NCBI GenBank assembly: GCA_003250475.1
Contig: QKGI01000074.1
Span: 3,101-67,100 of the forward strand
DNA length: 64,000 bases
Direction of reading: 5' to 3'
DNA from: Bacteroidota bacterium
Lineage (GTDB): Bacteria; Bacteroidota; Bacteroidia; Bacteroidales; VadinHA17
Position numbers and translations under genes: made by a program. Below are positions 1 to 8,555 of the stretch, piece after piece. Each line of letters begins with the position of its first letter. The stretch's first letter is position 1. Below the pieces are notes generated by a model. It made no database searches and was not told where the DNA came from. It saw only the letters and a program-made list of their open reading frames with translations.

Positions 1-264
1 AATGGATTTGCACCTGTCGGCTGGAGAGCAACAAGAACAAACGGGTCATGGTGGCGTACGGGTTCTTTTTCAGGGACAACGGCTATGATGAAACGAATGC
101 CTGACGGAACATCGTGGGTGGTGCTAATGAATTCCAGCGGATGGAACGGTCCTGAGCTTACTTCAGATATAGACCGTATGATGACCAGGTTTCTGCTCAG
201 GGTCAAAGAGTGGCCCGAAGAGGATCTCTTCGCTTATTCACTGCCGGTACCGCTGAGGTTCTGA
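1..264 (+). CDS. 3' end of a serine hydrolase (beta-lactamase/PBP-like family), truncated by window edge
   Basis: Frame 1 is open from base 1 to TGA at 262-264 (NGFAPVGW...WWRTGSFSGTTAMMKRMPDGTSWVVLMN...LPVPLRF*). RTGSFSG followed by a hydrophobic strand ending in LMN resembles the H/K-T-G triad region of beta-lactamase-family hydrolases. Not in the ORF track; translated by hand. Confidence 0.6.
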   Translation, partial: NGFAPVGWRATRTNGSWWRTGSFSGTTAMMKRMPDGTSWVVLMNSSGWNGPELTSDIDRMMTRFLLRVKEWPEEDLFAYSLPVPLRF

Positions 265-315
265 GGTAAAAAGCAGGAAACAGATATTGGGTGCTAACGG
301 CAAAGAGTCACAGGG

Positions 316-1038
316 ATGTGCTTTACAGTCAATGTAAATATTGTCAGGGAAGAGCTTGAGGAGCGTTACGGATCAGAGCTCATCGATCACGACAAATACC
401 GGCCGAGCTATTATTACCATGCCTACAGCCTGCCCTACATGCCAGTAGTCTGTTCCGGTGAGAAGAACAGGCTGAACCTTTTCAGGTGGGGATTGATACC
501 TTCATGGACTGCAGACGAGAGAGAGGCCCGCGAGATTATGATGAAGACCTTCAATGCACGCTCCGAAACCATCAATACTAAACCTGCCTTCAGGGATGCC
601 TATGCAAACCACCGGTGTCTTGTGCCGGTAAGAGGCTTTTTTGAGTGGCAACATAAGGGTGGCAGAAAGATACCATGGTATATAACCCTGAAAGGGGAGG
701 AGATTTTTTCACTGGCAGGGATATGGGACTCATGGACGATGCAGGGAGGGGTCACACTGAACACCTTCTCAGTGGTGACTACAAGAGCTAATGAACTCAT
801 GCAGGAGATTCACAACACACAGAAACGCATGCCTGTAATATTGCCTGCATCAGCCGAGAGGTTATGGCTGAAGGAGGGCCTGGCCGAAGAGGCGCTGGCG
901 TCACTTATGGAGCCTGTAGCTGCTGAGATGCTTGATGCCCACACTGTCAGCCCCCTGATAACCAATGCACGTGCTGACCGTAACCGGCCGGAGCTAATCA
1001 TACCCTACACTTATCCTGTCCAGGGTACCCTGTTTTAG
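316..1038 (+). CDS. SOS response-associated peptidase (SRAP / YedK / HMCES family), abasic-site protection protein
   Basis: Catalytic Cys2 (MCF), RWGLIPSW, FNARSET, RCLVPVRGFFEW, LAGIWDSW, EIHNTQKRMPVIL motifs. Confidence 0.93.
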   Translation: MCFTVNVNIVREELEERYGSELIDHDKYRPSYYYHAYSLPYMPVVCSGEKNRLNLFRWGLIPSWTADEREAREIMMKTFNARSETINTKPAFRDAYANHRCLVPVRGFFEWQHKGGRKIPWYITLKGEEIFSLAGIWDSWTMQGGVTLNTFSVVTTRANELMQEIHNTQKRMPVILPASAERLWLKEGLAEEALASLMEPVAAEMLDAHTVSPLITNARADRNRPELIIPYTYPVQGTLF

Positions 1039-1043
1039 TATAA

Positions 1044-1784
1044 TCAGTTCTGTGAGACAAAGACAAAGGTCAGAAATCCACCCTGCCTCTCCGGGGCGCT
1101 GATATCGGAATTGAACCTGGTCTTGAAGGCATATTCGATAGCCGTCTCAGTGAGGCATCTGTCTTTTGTGGTAGATAACCCTGAGGCTGACTCTGCCTTT
1201 AAGACATTACCGCTACGGTCTACCACTATCGCAAGGGTGATCTGTCCGGCTCCCTCACACTTATATATCGGTATCGGAAGGTAAACATGATGCCTGCCGG
1301 CAAGATCATAATAGATCCTTGTCGGTCCCCTGAAGGTGCCTTCCTCATCAGGCTTCTCTTTCTTCTCGGTTACCTGGGGTTCTATGACCTTGTCAGGTAT
1401 GGCTATTTCATCACTGCCTGCCTCGTCCGCCATCTTCTGCTCATCTATGAAGTTGTTCTCATCGAGAAGACCGCTCTTGATCATCTCCTCCTTGACCATG
1501 TCTTCATAGGCTTTCGGATCTATGTCAACCGGTTTGTCGGCAATATTTTTTATGATGTTGACAAGTTCTTCCGCCGTCGCACCCTGGAACTGGTCACTCT
1601 TTGCCAGCTCCAGTGCCTTTTCCATGGCGGGGTCAGGGAGCTCCTTGTCGAAGGTGAGGATGATCTCGGCAGCAATCTCACGCTTCATGGCTGATATTTT
1701 CACGGACATAAATATCACCGCCACAGTCAGGTGAATAATGATTGTAGCCATTATTGCCGTAAAAACTATCTCGAACCTGTTCAT
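1044..1784 (-). CDS. TonB-like energy-transducer protein (N-terminal TM anchor, C-terminal TonB-C-like domain)
   Basis: Single N-terminal TM containing His (IIIHLTVA), acidic linker, C-terminal PIPIYKCEGAGQITLAIVVDRSGNV...F..F pattern. Confidence 0.75.
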   Translation of the reverse strand: MNRFEIVFTAIMATIIIHLTVAVIFMSVKISAMKREIAAEIILTFDKELPDPAMEKALELAKSDQFQGATAEELVNIIKNIADKPVDIDPKAYEDMVKEEMIKSGLLDENNFIDEQKMADEAGSDEIAIPDKVIEPQVTEKKEKPDEEGTFRGPTRIYYDLAGRHHVYLPIPIYKCEGAGQITLAIVVDRSGNVLKAESASGLSTTKDRCLTETAIEYAFKTRFNSDISAPERQGGFLTFVFVSQN

Positions 1785-1831
1785 CAGGGAGCGAAATTAT
1801 AAATAATTGTCAGTATGATACCTTTTATACG

Positions 1832-4255
1832 TCAGAATCGTGCTGTCAGTTTCAGGTTCAGACTCCGTTTTGTCAGGTAGTTGGGTACTGCATATTCGCG
1901 CGTCTCTCCTTCACTGTTCCTCACCGTCCGTATCCATGTATAGGAAATAGTATTCCTTATATCTGCCAGGTTGAAAATTTCAAATCCTGCGACAAGCTCC
2001 CTGAGAAACGAGTCCTTGTTCATCCTGTCTGGTCCCACGAGTATTTTTGAGAATCCTATGTCGATGCGCCGGTACGGAGGCATTCTGAACCAGATATCCC
2101 ACTGGTCCCTGCCAGGGGGTGATGCCGGGATACCGGTGCCGAAGGTTATATTGATGTGAGCCCTGAAGTCAGGGTGCCCCGGAAGATAATCCTGGAAGAA
2201 GATGCTGAAATTGACTCTCTGGTCGAAGGGGGCAGGGTACCAGCCGGAGCTGTATGAAGGTATATTCATCTCCGATTTCATCAGCGAGAGGCTGAACCAT
2301 GACTCGGCTCCCTGAACGAATTCGCCATTGATCCTCATATCCACCCCTGCCGAGTATCCTTCGGCAATATTCCCTCCGTAATACACCAGCCTCACATTAT
2401 CTATGCTGTAGGGTACAAGCCTGTTAAAAAGTTTCCCGTACGCTTCCACGGTAAACCGGAACGGTCGGTCCCAGGCAATAAAATCATATCGTGCACCGGC
2501 GGTTAGATGGTATGAACGCTGTGCTCTCAGCAGGGGCTGCCCGCTCTCATTCTCAATCATTATCTCACGGCCTCCGGGAGGCTGGTGATATGATCCTGCG
2601 GCCATGTAAGCAGAGAGGCGGTCAGACAGGTTCACCCTGAGAGACAGGCGTGGCGAAACCAGCATCTCAGAGTAATAGGTGTCATATGAGGCGCGTACCC
2701 CTGCATTCAGTTCCCACTGCCTTCCTGCCATGAAGAAGCTGTTCCTGCTTATCAGGTAAGCTTCGGATGTGAAGCTGGCCAGGCTGGTACTGTTATCCGA
2801 CCAGGATGTCAGCGTAAGGCCCTCACCATCAGCTCCAAGCGTATACCCTGCCGAGTCAACCCGGAGCCACTCGTTCCGGAAAGAGTCAAAACCACGGTAT
2901 TTCGCTGCAATACCCCAATCCAGGTTGTTCCTGCCCCGGGTAAAGGATCCTTTATATGTGAGTCCGGCCACACCTGCCCTCAGCCTGTTGCGTGCATGCG
3001 ACAGCCAGCTTCCGGCACCTGCATTAAGGAGAGTGTCCGGGTTGTTCTCGGTGCCTTCCGTCTTATCAAGAGCTGACAGGCTATATGCACCGCGTATATC
3101 ATAGCTCTCACTCTCATCGGCAAGGTATGCCGAGAGGATGAGTTTTGACGAGAGCATGTCACTGTGTCTGAGCCCCAGTGTCAATGCCAGGCCTCCGTTG
3201 ATGTACCTGTCGCGCTCTCCTCCGTCAAAGAAAGCATATAACCGGTAGGCGTTTTCAATGGTGCCGAAAGTGGTTGTCTGGCTCCTGGGGATGAATATAT
3301 AATTATTGGACGAGCCCCACAGAGAAAGTGTCACTCTTGTCCGTCTGTCAGGTGTATACCCGGCAATAGCCTGTATATCAGCAAACCGGGGCCTGTAATC
3401 ACCCTTGCTGTCAAGGCTGCCGAGAAGGATACTGTTGTTCCTGTACCTGGCGCCGGCAAGGAACCAGAACATGTTGTTTCGGCTGCGGGCGCCGGCATGG
3501 GCCGATGATGTAAGCAGGCTGAGTGACACTGATCCCTCTCTTTCTTCCGGTTCCCGGTATGTAATATCCAGCACCGACGACATACGGTCTCCGTAAGAGG
3601 CACTGAATCCTCCCGGGGAAAAGTGTACCGAAGCAGCCAGGTCAGGGTTGATGCGGCTCAGACCCTCCTGTTGCCCTGACCTTATGAGATAAGGCCTGTA
3701 AACCTCGACATCATTTATATAAACCAGGTTTTCATCATAACTGCCTCCCCTTACCGAGTAGCTGTAGCTGAGTTCACTGAAGGTGGCAACACCTGGCAGT
3801 GTTGCTATTGCAGATTCAATACCGCCGGAAACAGAAGGGATAACGGCACCCACCACCGACGGAATATTTATTATTGTTGTATTATCAGGTCTGGATGCTC
3901 TTATGCTTACCTCACCGATGTTCACGGTTTCACCGGCAAGATGTATATGCAGTTGCCCCGGGAGGTTTGCGGCAACCACGGTGATAGTGTCAGCCAGGTA
4001 CCCCGTGCATGAGAATATCACCCTGACCTGTTCTGTCATCTCAGGGGCCAACATAAGCCTGAAGGTACCGTCTTTTTCAGTAACAGTTCCTGTTCCATAT
4101 GCCGGGAGGTAGACAGAAACACCCTGAATCACCGTTCCTGTACTATCGGTAACCAGGCCTTTTAGTATTCTATCCTGCCCTGAGAGAGACGGCAGGAAGG
4201 TAACAGTCAGGAGGGCAACAGTGATAAGGAACGCTATTCTTGATGACAACGCCAT
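1832..4255 (-). CDS. TonB-dependent receptor-like outer membrane protein with N-terminal carboxypeptidase-regulatory-like domain
   Basis: Signal peptide, LKGLVTDSTG..IQGVSV domain, plug motifs (LPGV, YSVRGGSYDENLVYIND, GGFSASYGDRMSSVLDI), C-terminal Phe (LTARF). Confidence 0.88.
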   Translation of the reverse strand: MALSSRIAFLITVALLTVTFLPSLSGQDRILKGLVTDSTGTVIQGVSVYLPAYGTGTVTEKDGTFRLMLAPEMTEQVRVIFSCTGYLADTITVVAANLPGQLHIHLAGETVNIGEVSIRASRPDNTTIINIPSVVGAVIPSVSGGIESAIATLPGVATFSELSYSYSVRGGSYDENLVYINDVEVYRPYLIRSGQQEGLSRINPDLAASVHFSPGGFSASYGDRMSSVLDITYREPEEREGSVSLSLLTSSAHAGARSRNNMFWFLAGARYRNNSILLGSLDSKGDYRPRFADIQAIAGYTPDRRTRVTLSLWGSSNNYIFIPRSQTTTFGTIENAYRLYAFFDGGERDRYINGGLALTLGLRHSDMLSSKLILSAYLADESESYDIRGAYSLSALDKTEGTENNPDTLLNAGAGSWLSHARNRLRAGVAGLTYKGSFTRGRNNLDWGIAAKYRGFDSFRNEWLRVDSAGYTLGADGEGLTLTSWSDNSTSLASFTSEAYLISRNSFFMAGRQWELNAGVRASYDTYYSEMLVSPRLSLRVNLSDRLSAYMAAGSYHQPPGGREIMIENESGQPLLRAQRSYHLTAGARYDFIAWDRPFRFTVEAYGKLFNRLVPYSIDNVRLVYYGGNIAEGYSAGVDMRINGEFVQGAESWFSLSLMKSEMNIPSYSSGWYPAPFDQRVNFSIFFQDYLPGHPDFRAHINITFGTGIPASPPGRDQWDIWFRMPPYRRIDIGFSKILVGPDRMNKDSFLRELVAGFEIFNLADIRNTISYTWIRTVRNSEGETREYAVPNYLTKRSLNLKLTARF

Positions 4256-4935
4256 CAGTCCTTCTTTTTTTTCTTTCGCGTCTTGACTTTCTTTACCTTG
4301 GTTGTTGCAGGTTCCTCGTTCTTCAACAGGCCATTCTTGACTCCCTTGATGAATTTCTGCCAGGCAAAGGGGTTCAGGAGGTTATTAACAGGCATCTGGC
4401 CTCTTGTATAGAGGTTATCAGACATCTGCTGCATCGTATACCTGTATGCCTGTCCCGGAGTAGGGCGGGTGTCACTCCATATTTGCTGCTCTACCAGGGC
4501 AAGATTGTATTCCATATTTGCTATCAGCGGATCAACAGTTTTGTTTTCAACTACAGCCCTCTTGAACTCCGAATAGGTCTTCCAGGGAAGAACAAGCACC
4601 TCACCTATGATAATTGTGTCAGTGACCATCATTACGTCAGTGATATAATGGTTTCCTGTAATCGTTGAAGGAATGGTAAGAAGAGTTGACTTGTAACCAA
4701 TAGCACTGAAAAATATAGTATCACCCGGAACACTGATTATTGAAAAGATGCCCCTGTGGTCACTTGCAGCGCCTCTTTTCAGATGCTTCGAATATATGCT
4801 TACATCAGGAACAATATAGCCTGATTCATCAGCTGTAAGTCCGTCTATCTGAATAAAACTTTTCTCCACTGCCTGCGCCGTTAATTTGGCAAGAGCGACA
4901 GACAGTATGACACAAATCACTAAAACCCTCTTCAA
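4255..4935 (-). CDS. Secreted carboxypeptidase-regulatory-like domain protein
   Basis: Signal peptide; GIFSI...GDTIFFSAIGYK motif; TTG start; stop overlaps the start of the downstream receptor gene. Confidence 0.75.
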   Translation of the reverse strand: MKRVLVICVILSVALAKLTAQAVEKSFIQIDGLTADESGYIVPDVSIYSKHLKRGAASDHRGIFSIISVPGDTIFFSAIGYKSTLLTIPSTITGNHYITDVMMVTDTIIIGEVLVLPWKTYSEFKRAVVENKTVDPLIANMEYNLALVEQQIWSDTRPTPGQAYRYTMQQMSDNLYTRGQMPVNNLLNPFAWQKFIKGVKNGLLKNEEPATTKVKKVKTRKKKKKD

Positions 4936-5052
4936 CTACATGTATTTTTGTTGTTGTAAAGTAAGCAATAAAGACATTTGATTCTTGATTTTAACTTAAC
5001 TTTAATGATCTTTACTGTCATCACACTGTTGAATACAAAAAACTAATAAAAT

Positions 5053-6672
5053 ATGCAAAAACTGTTATTGCTTGGTGATGAGGCTATTGCGCAGGCTGCT
5101 CTTGATGCGGGAATGAGTGGTATGTATGCCTATCCTGGCACCCCCTCTACCGAGATAATGGAGTATGTTCAGTCTTCAAAGCAGGCGGCATCAGGTAATG
5201 TTCATCAGGAATGGTCTTCGAATGAAAAGACGGCTACGGAAGCTGCCCTTGGCATGTCCTACGCAGGCAAGAGGGCAATGGTGGCAATGAAACATGTAGG
5301 ACTGAATGTTGCCGCTGATGCATTTATCAATTCTGCAGTAACGGGGGTAAACGGAGGTCTCGTTGTGGTCTCTGCTGATGATCCTTCAATGCATTCTTCG
5401 CAGAATGAGCAGGATTCACGATTCTACGGAAGTTTTGCCATGGTCCCGGTTATGGAACCGAGGAATCAGCAGGAAGCCTATGATATGATATTTGATGCCT
5501 TTGATCTCTCGGAGAGATACAGGCTGCCCGTATTGTTCCGCATCACCACAAGGCTCGCCCACTCGCGTGCAGCAGTTGTCTGCAGGCAGAAGAGAGAGCA
5601 GAATAGATTAACGCTCCCTTCGAATCCCCGCCAGTTCGTGCTTCTTCCTGCAATTGCCAGGAAGCAGTACAAGGCCCTTACATCGGAATATGAAAAGTTA
5701 CGTAATGATCCCACGATTGAAGGATACAACAGGCTGACTGCCGGCAAGGGTAGGGGCACAGGAATAATCACCTGTGGTATAGCTTTCAACTATCTTCTTG
5801 AGAATGTTGCAGAGAGTATTGACGACTACCATGTGTTGTCGGTAGCTGCTTATCCTGTCAACAGGGATTCCGTTGCACATCTTGTTGAAATGTGTGACAG
5901 GGTGCTGGTTCTCGAGGAAGGTTATCCTTTCATAGAGGCACAGCTGCGCGGGCTCCTTGACAGGGATGTAAAAGTGCTGGGACGTCTCGACGGAACAGTA
6001 CCGCGCGACGGGGAACTTAATCCCTCGATAGTTGCCTCTGCCCTGGGTCTCAGTCTTTCAGAAGGGAGGGAAGTGCCTGCGCTGGTGCGCCAGAGACCAC
6101 CCTCTTTCTGTAAGGGTTGCGGGCATGCTGATGTTTACTCGGCTCTTGCCGGGGTGATGGGAGAGTTCAGCCCGGGAAGAGTGTTTTCAGATATAGGTTG
6201 TTATACTCTCGGTGCCCTGCCACCATACAATATGGTTAACTCCTGCGTTGACATGGGCGCTTCGGTAACAATGGCGGTTGGTGCTGCAGATGCCGGCCTC
6301 TTTCCTGCTGTTGCAGTGATAGGGGATTCCACCTTCACCCACTCAGGCATGACCGGACTGCTCGATGCGGTAATAAAAAACTCTCCTGTAACGGTGATTA
6401 TCTCCGATAACTCGACTACCGGGATGACAGGCGGACAGAAATCACAGGCAACAGACAGGCTTGAAAATATCTGTCTCGGACTGGGTGTTGCCCGTGAACA
6501 CCTTCGCGTTATTGTGCCCCTGAAGAAGAATCATGAGGAGAACAAAGCGATAATACGCGACGAGCTTATTTATCAAGGACTGTCAGTTATCCTGGCCCGG
6601 AGAGAGTGTATCCAGACAGCCGCCCGAAATAAAAAGGCTGAAACGGCAAAAAAAAATAATACCGGCGAATAA
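5053..6672 (+). CDS. iorA: Indolepyruvate:ferredoxin oxidoreductase alpha subunit
   Basis: LLGDEAIA, YPGTPSTEI, MKHVGLNVAAD, DDPSMHSSQNEQDSR, RPPSFCKGCGH, DIGCYTLG, TPP-binding GDSTFTHSG. Confidence 0.95.
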   Translation: MQKLLLLGDEAIAQAALDAGMSGMYAYPGTPSTEIMEYVQSSKQAASGNVHQEWSSNEKTATEAALGMSYAGKRAMVAMKHVGLNVAADAFINSAVTGVNGGLVVVSADDPSMHSSQNEQDSRFYGSFAMVPVMEPRNQQEAYDMIFDAFDLSERYRLPVLFRITTRLAHSRAAVVCRQKREQNRLTLPSNPRQFVLLPAIARKQYKALTSEYEKLRNDPTIEGYNRLTAGKGRGTGIITCGIAFNYLLENVAESIDDYHVLSVAAYPVNRDSVAHLVEMCDRVLVLEEGYPFIEAQLRGLLDRDVKVLGRLDGTVPRDGELNPSIVASALGLSLSEGREVPALVRQRPPSFCKGCGHADVYSALAGVMGEFSPGRVFSDIGCYTLGALPPYNMVNSCVDMGASVTMAVGAADAGLFPAVAVIGDSTFTHSGMTGLLDAVIKNSPVTVIISDNSTTGMTGGQKSQATDRLENICLGLGVAREHLRVIVPLKKNHEENKAIIRDELIYQGLSVILARRECIQTAARNKKAETAKKNNTGE

Positions 6673-6673
6673 G

Positions 6674-7252
6674 ATGAAATGTGACATAATACTGGCAGGC
6701 GTAGGGGGTCAGGGGATCCTCACCATTGCAGCCACCATTGGTCTTGCAGCTGTTGAGAGGAATCTCTCTTTGAAACAGTCGGAGGTACACGGGATGAGCC
6801 AGAGAGGTGGTGATGTGCAGTCGCACCTGAGACTATCCGACAGCGAGATACATTCTGATCTCATCCCGCAGGGCAAGGCTGACCTTATTATCAGTGTTGA
6901 ACCGATGGAGGCATTGCGTTACCTTCCATGGCTGGGCCCTGATGGCTGGATAGTTACAAGCAAAGTACCGTATATCAATATTCCGGATTATCCGGAAACA
7001 GATGATATAATGACCGAACTGGAGAAAACTGCAAATTCTGTTGTGCTTGACGCTGACATGATCGCCAGGGACCTGGGGTCGTCAAAATCAGGCAACATGG
7101 TTATCCTGGGTGCCGCTTCAAAATTCATTTCGATCCCGTTTGAGGTGCTTGAGAATGCGGTAAGGAAGCTCTTCGAAAGAAAGGGGGAAGAGGTAGTCAT
7201 GCTTAACCTGAGAGCTCTGCGTGCAGGAAGAGAGGCAGCAGCCGGGCGATAA
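6674..7252 (+). CDS. iorB: Indolepyruvate:ferredoxin oxidoreductase beta subunit
   Basis: GVGGQG, SEVHGMSQRGGDV, EPMEALRY, NMVILGA; 1 bp after iorA. Confidence 0.95.
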   Translation: MKCDIILAGVGGQGILTIAATIGLAAVERNLSLKQSEVHGMSQRGGDVQSHLRLSDSEIHSDLIPQGKADLIISVEPMEALRYLPWLGPDGWIVTSKVPYINIPDYPETDDIMTELEKTANSVVLDADMIARDLGSSKSGNMVILGAASKFISIPFEVLENAVRKLFERKGEEVVMLNLRALRAGREAAAGR

Positions 7253-7285
7253 AAGACGAAACAAGTCCCGGCACAAGGCCGGGAC
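7251..7285 (-). terminator. Putative intrinsic terminator between convergent iorB and ssb
   Basis: Perfect 8-bp stem gtcccggc/gccgggac (7265-7285), followed on the minus strand by T-rich ttgtttcgtctttt. Confidence 0.6.
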
Positions 7286-7330
7286 CTGACAGCGAGACTA
7301 CGGTGCCACACTCAGCCCTTACCGCCTGTC

Positions 7331-7795
7331 CTACGATGATTTGCCTTTCGTTTTACCGTTACGCAGGGCGGATTCACCGGCAACAGTGAGACCGTCAGAA
7401 CACTCCTCGCCATGAGCATCAGGCTCAGGATCATCGCCGTCACTGAACTCCCGTGTCTTTCCTCCCGAGCCAAGTAAAACCATGTCTGATGCCACTATAT
7501 CCGTAACATTTCTCTGCATCCCGTTCTTGTCAGTATAGGAGTGGTAGTTAATCCTTCCTTCAATGCAGACCTCCCTGCCTTTCCTGAGAAACTTCGAAGT
7601 CAGCTCAGCCAGTCCGTTCCAGGCAACGATACTGTGCCATGTGGTTTCGTCAGTTTTTGTGCCGTCGGCACTCTTGTAACTTTCCCTGGTTGCCAGGCTG
7701 AAATGCGCAACCTTCTTACCGCTTTCCAGCGTCCTTATTTCCGGATCCTGTCCGAGACGACCGATCAGTTGTACTTTGTTTCTTAATGTGTTCAT
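7331..7795 (-). CDS. ssb: Single-stranded DNA-binding protein (paralog lacking the canonical C-terminal DxPF tip)
   Basis: NKVQLIGRLGQDPE, FSLAT, TTWHSIVAW, LRKGREVCIEGRI OB-fold motifs; ends ...GKTKGKSS. Confidence 0.92.
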   Translation of the reverse strand: MNTLRNKVQLIGRLGQDPEIRTLESGKKVAHFSLATRESYKSADGTKTDETTWHSIVAWNGLAELTSKFLRKGREVCIEGRINYHSYTDKNGMQRNVTDIVASDMVLLGSGGKTREFSDGDDPEPDAHGEECSDGLTVAGESALRNGKTKGKSS

Positions 7796-7860
7796 GGTCT
7801 TTCAGTTTAAATTGATATTAGGTTTATGCCTCAAAGGTGCACCCTCCCCGGCAACTGATC

Positions 7861-7937
7861 CGGTTGATAAGCAATTCTATTCATTTGGCAGTCGTTTATA
7901 TCCGTTTGAAAACGTTTTTAATCATCATTATCAGTTT
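7861..7937. promoter_or_regulatory. Helically phased direct-repeat array (CGTTT/AAACG core, 10-11 bp period), candidate operator
   Basis: Exact CGTTT at 7893, 7903 and 7913. Degenerate in-phase copies: CGGTT 7861, CAATT 7872, CATTT 7882, AGTTT 7933. Confidence 0.65.
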
Positions 7938-8000
7938 GATATAGGATCTCAGTAAAAGGGGCTGTTTTAAAATTTCTTACCTTTATAGAAATTATACGCT

Positions 8001-8381
8001 GTGGAAAGAGTATGTCTTGACTGCGGAGCGAAGCTCCTTGGCCGGTCTGATAAGAAATTCTGTTCCGACCAGTGCCGCAATAACTATAACAACCGTATCA
8101 ACCGCGATCAGAACAATTATGTAAGGAATGTCCATGCCCTGTTAAGACGTAACAGGAAGATCCTATCAGACCTTTTCGAGGCAGGGTTTCACAGGATACA
8201 CCGTGATGCGTTGCTTGCCCAGGGCTATAACTTCACTTTCTGTACCCATATAGTAGAGACACGTGATGGAATACTATGGTCCTACTGTTTCGAATATGGA
8301 TTCAGGGAGGCTGGCAGGGGTTATCTCGAGCTGCAGAAGTGCAGCAGCTATCTTGAGCAGTATCCAGGTGAGGAGATATGA
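8001..8381 (+). CDS. Cys4 zinc-finger protein (DUF2116-like Zn-ribbon; conserved Bacteroidota hypothetical)
   Basis: GTG start; CLDC-x6-RSDKKFCSDQCRNNYNN followed by a basic helix (LLRRNRKIL), GYNF and FEYGF; -7-like TACCTTTA at 7978-7985. Confidence 0.85.
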   Translation: MERVCLDCGAKLLGRSDKKFCSDQCRNNYNNRINRDQNNYVRNVHALLRRNRKILSDLFEAGFHRIHRDALLAQGYNFTFCTHIVETRDGILWSYCFEYGFREAGRGYLELQKCSSYLEQYPGEEI

Positions 8382-8475
8382 GGTCAGGAAACAGCGTGTG
8401 GTGCAACATGCCGGAAGACCTGAACAGACAGCCGGTCATGCTGTTTCACAACCTCACCACCCTCAGCCTGGCTGC
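8357..8475. other. Long imperfect inverted repeat (rod-like hairpin, ~31 bp in five helices) overlapping the Zn-finger stop codon
   Basis: Pairings: gcag/ctgc, ccagg/cctgg, tgagg/cctca, tgaggt/acctca, gaaacagcgtg/catgctgtttc. Confidence 0.6.
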
Positions 8476-8527
8476 GGAAATCCTTTCCCGTTATTCCAGG
8501 ACAGGACATTTGGACGGGATAAATGTT

Positions 8528-8535
8528 TATTTTTG
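8528..8535 (+). promoter_or_regulatory. Bacteroidota primary-sigma -7 element (TAnnTTTG)
   Basis: TATTTTTG 20 bp upstream of the ATG at 8556. Confidence 0.6.
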
Positions 8536-8555
8536 AGCCTTAAATCAGAACTGAA

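Noticed and set aside
265-315. AAACG-type array upstream of SRAP (also checked upstream of the exonuclease-GIY-YIG gene)
   Set aside because: No phased repeats there, so there is no in-window evidence that these repair genes share the ssb operator
6600-6672. IorA lacks a C-terminal ferredoxin domain and has an A-run near its end (possible frameshift)
   Set aside because: To my knowledge Bacteroidales IorA proteins are normally this length, and iorB starts 1 bp after the stop, leaving no room for a lost domain
8357-8475. SRP RNA, 6S RNA or tRNA identity for the long hairpin
   Set aside because: No SRP domain IV (GNRA/AGCAG) motif, no symmetric central bubble or zapA-rny context, no cloverleaf; left unassigned
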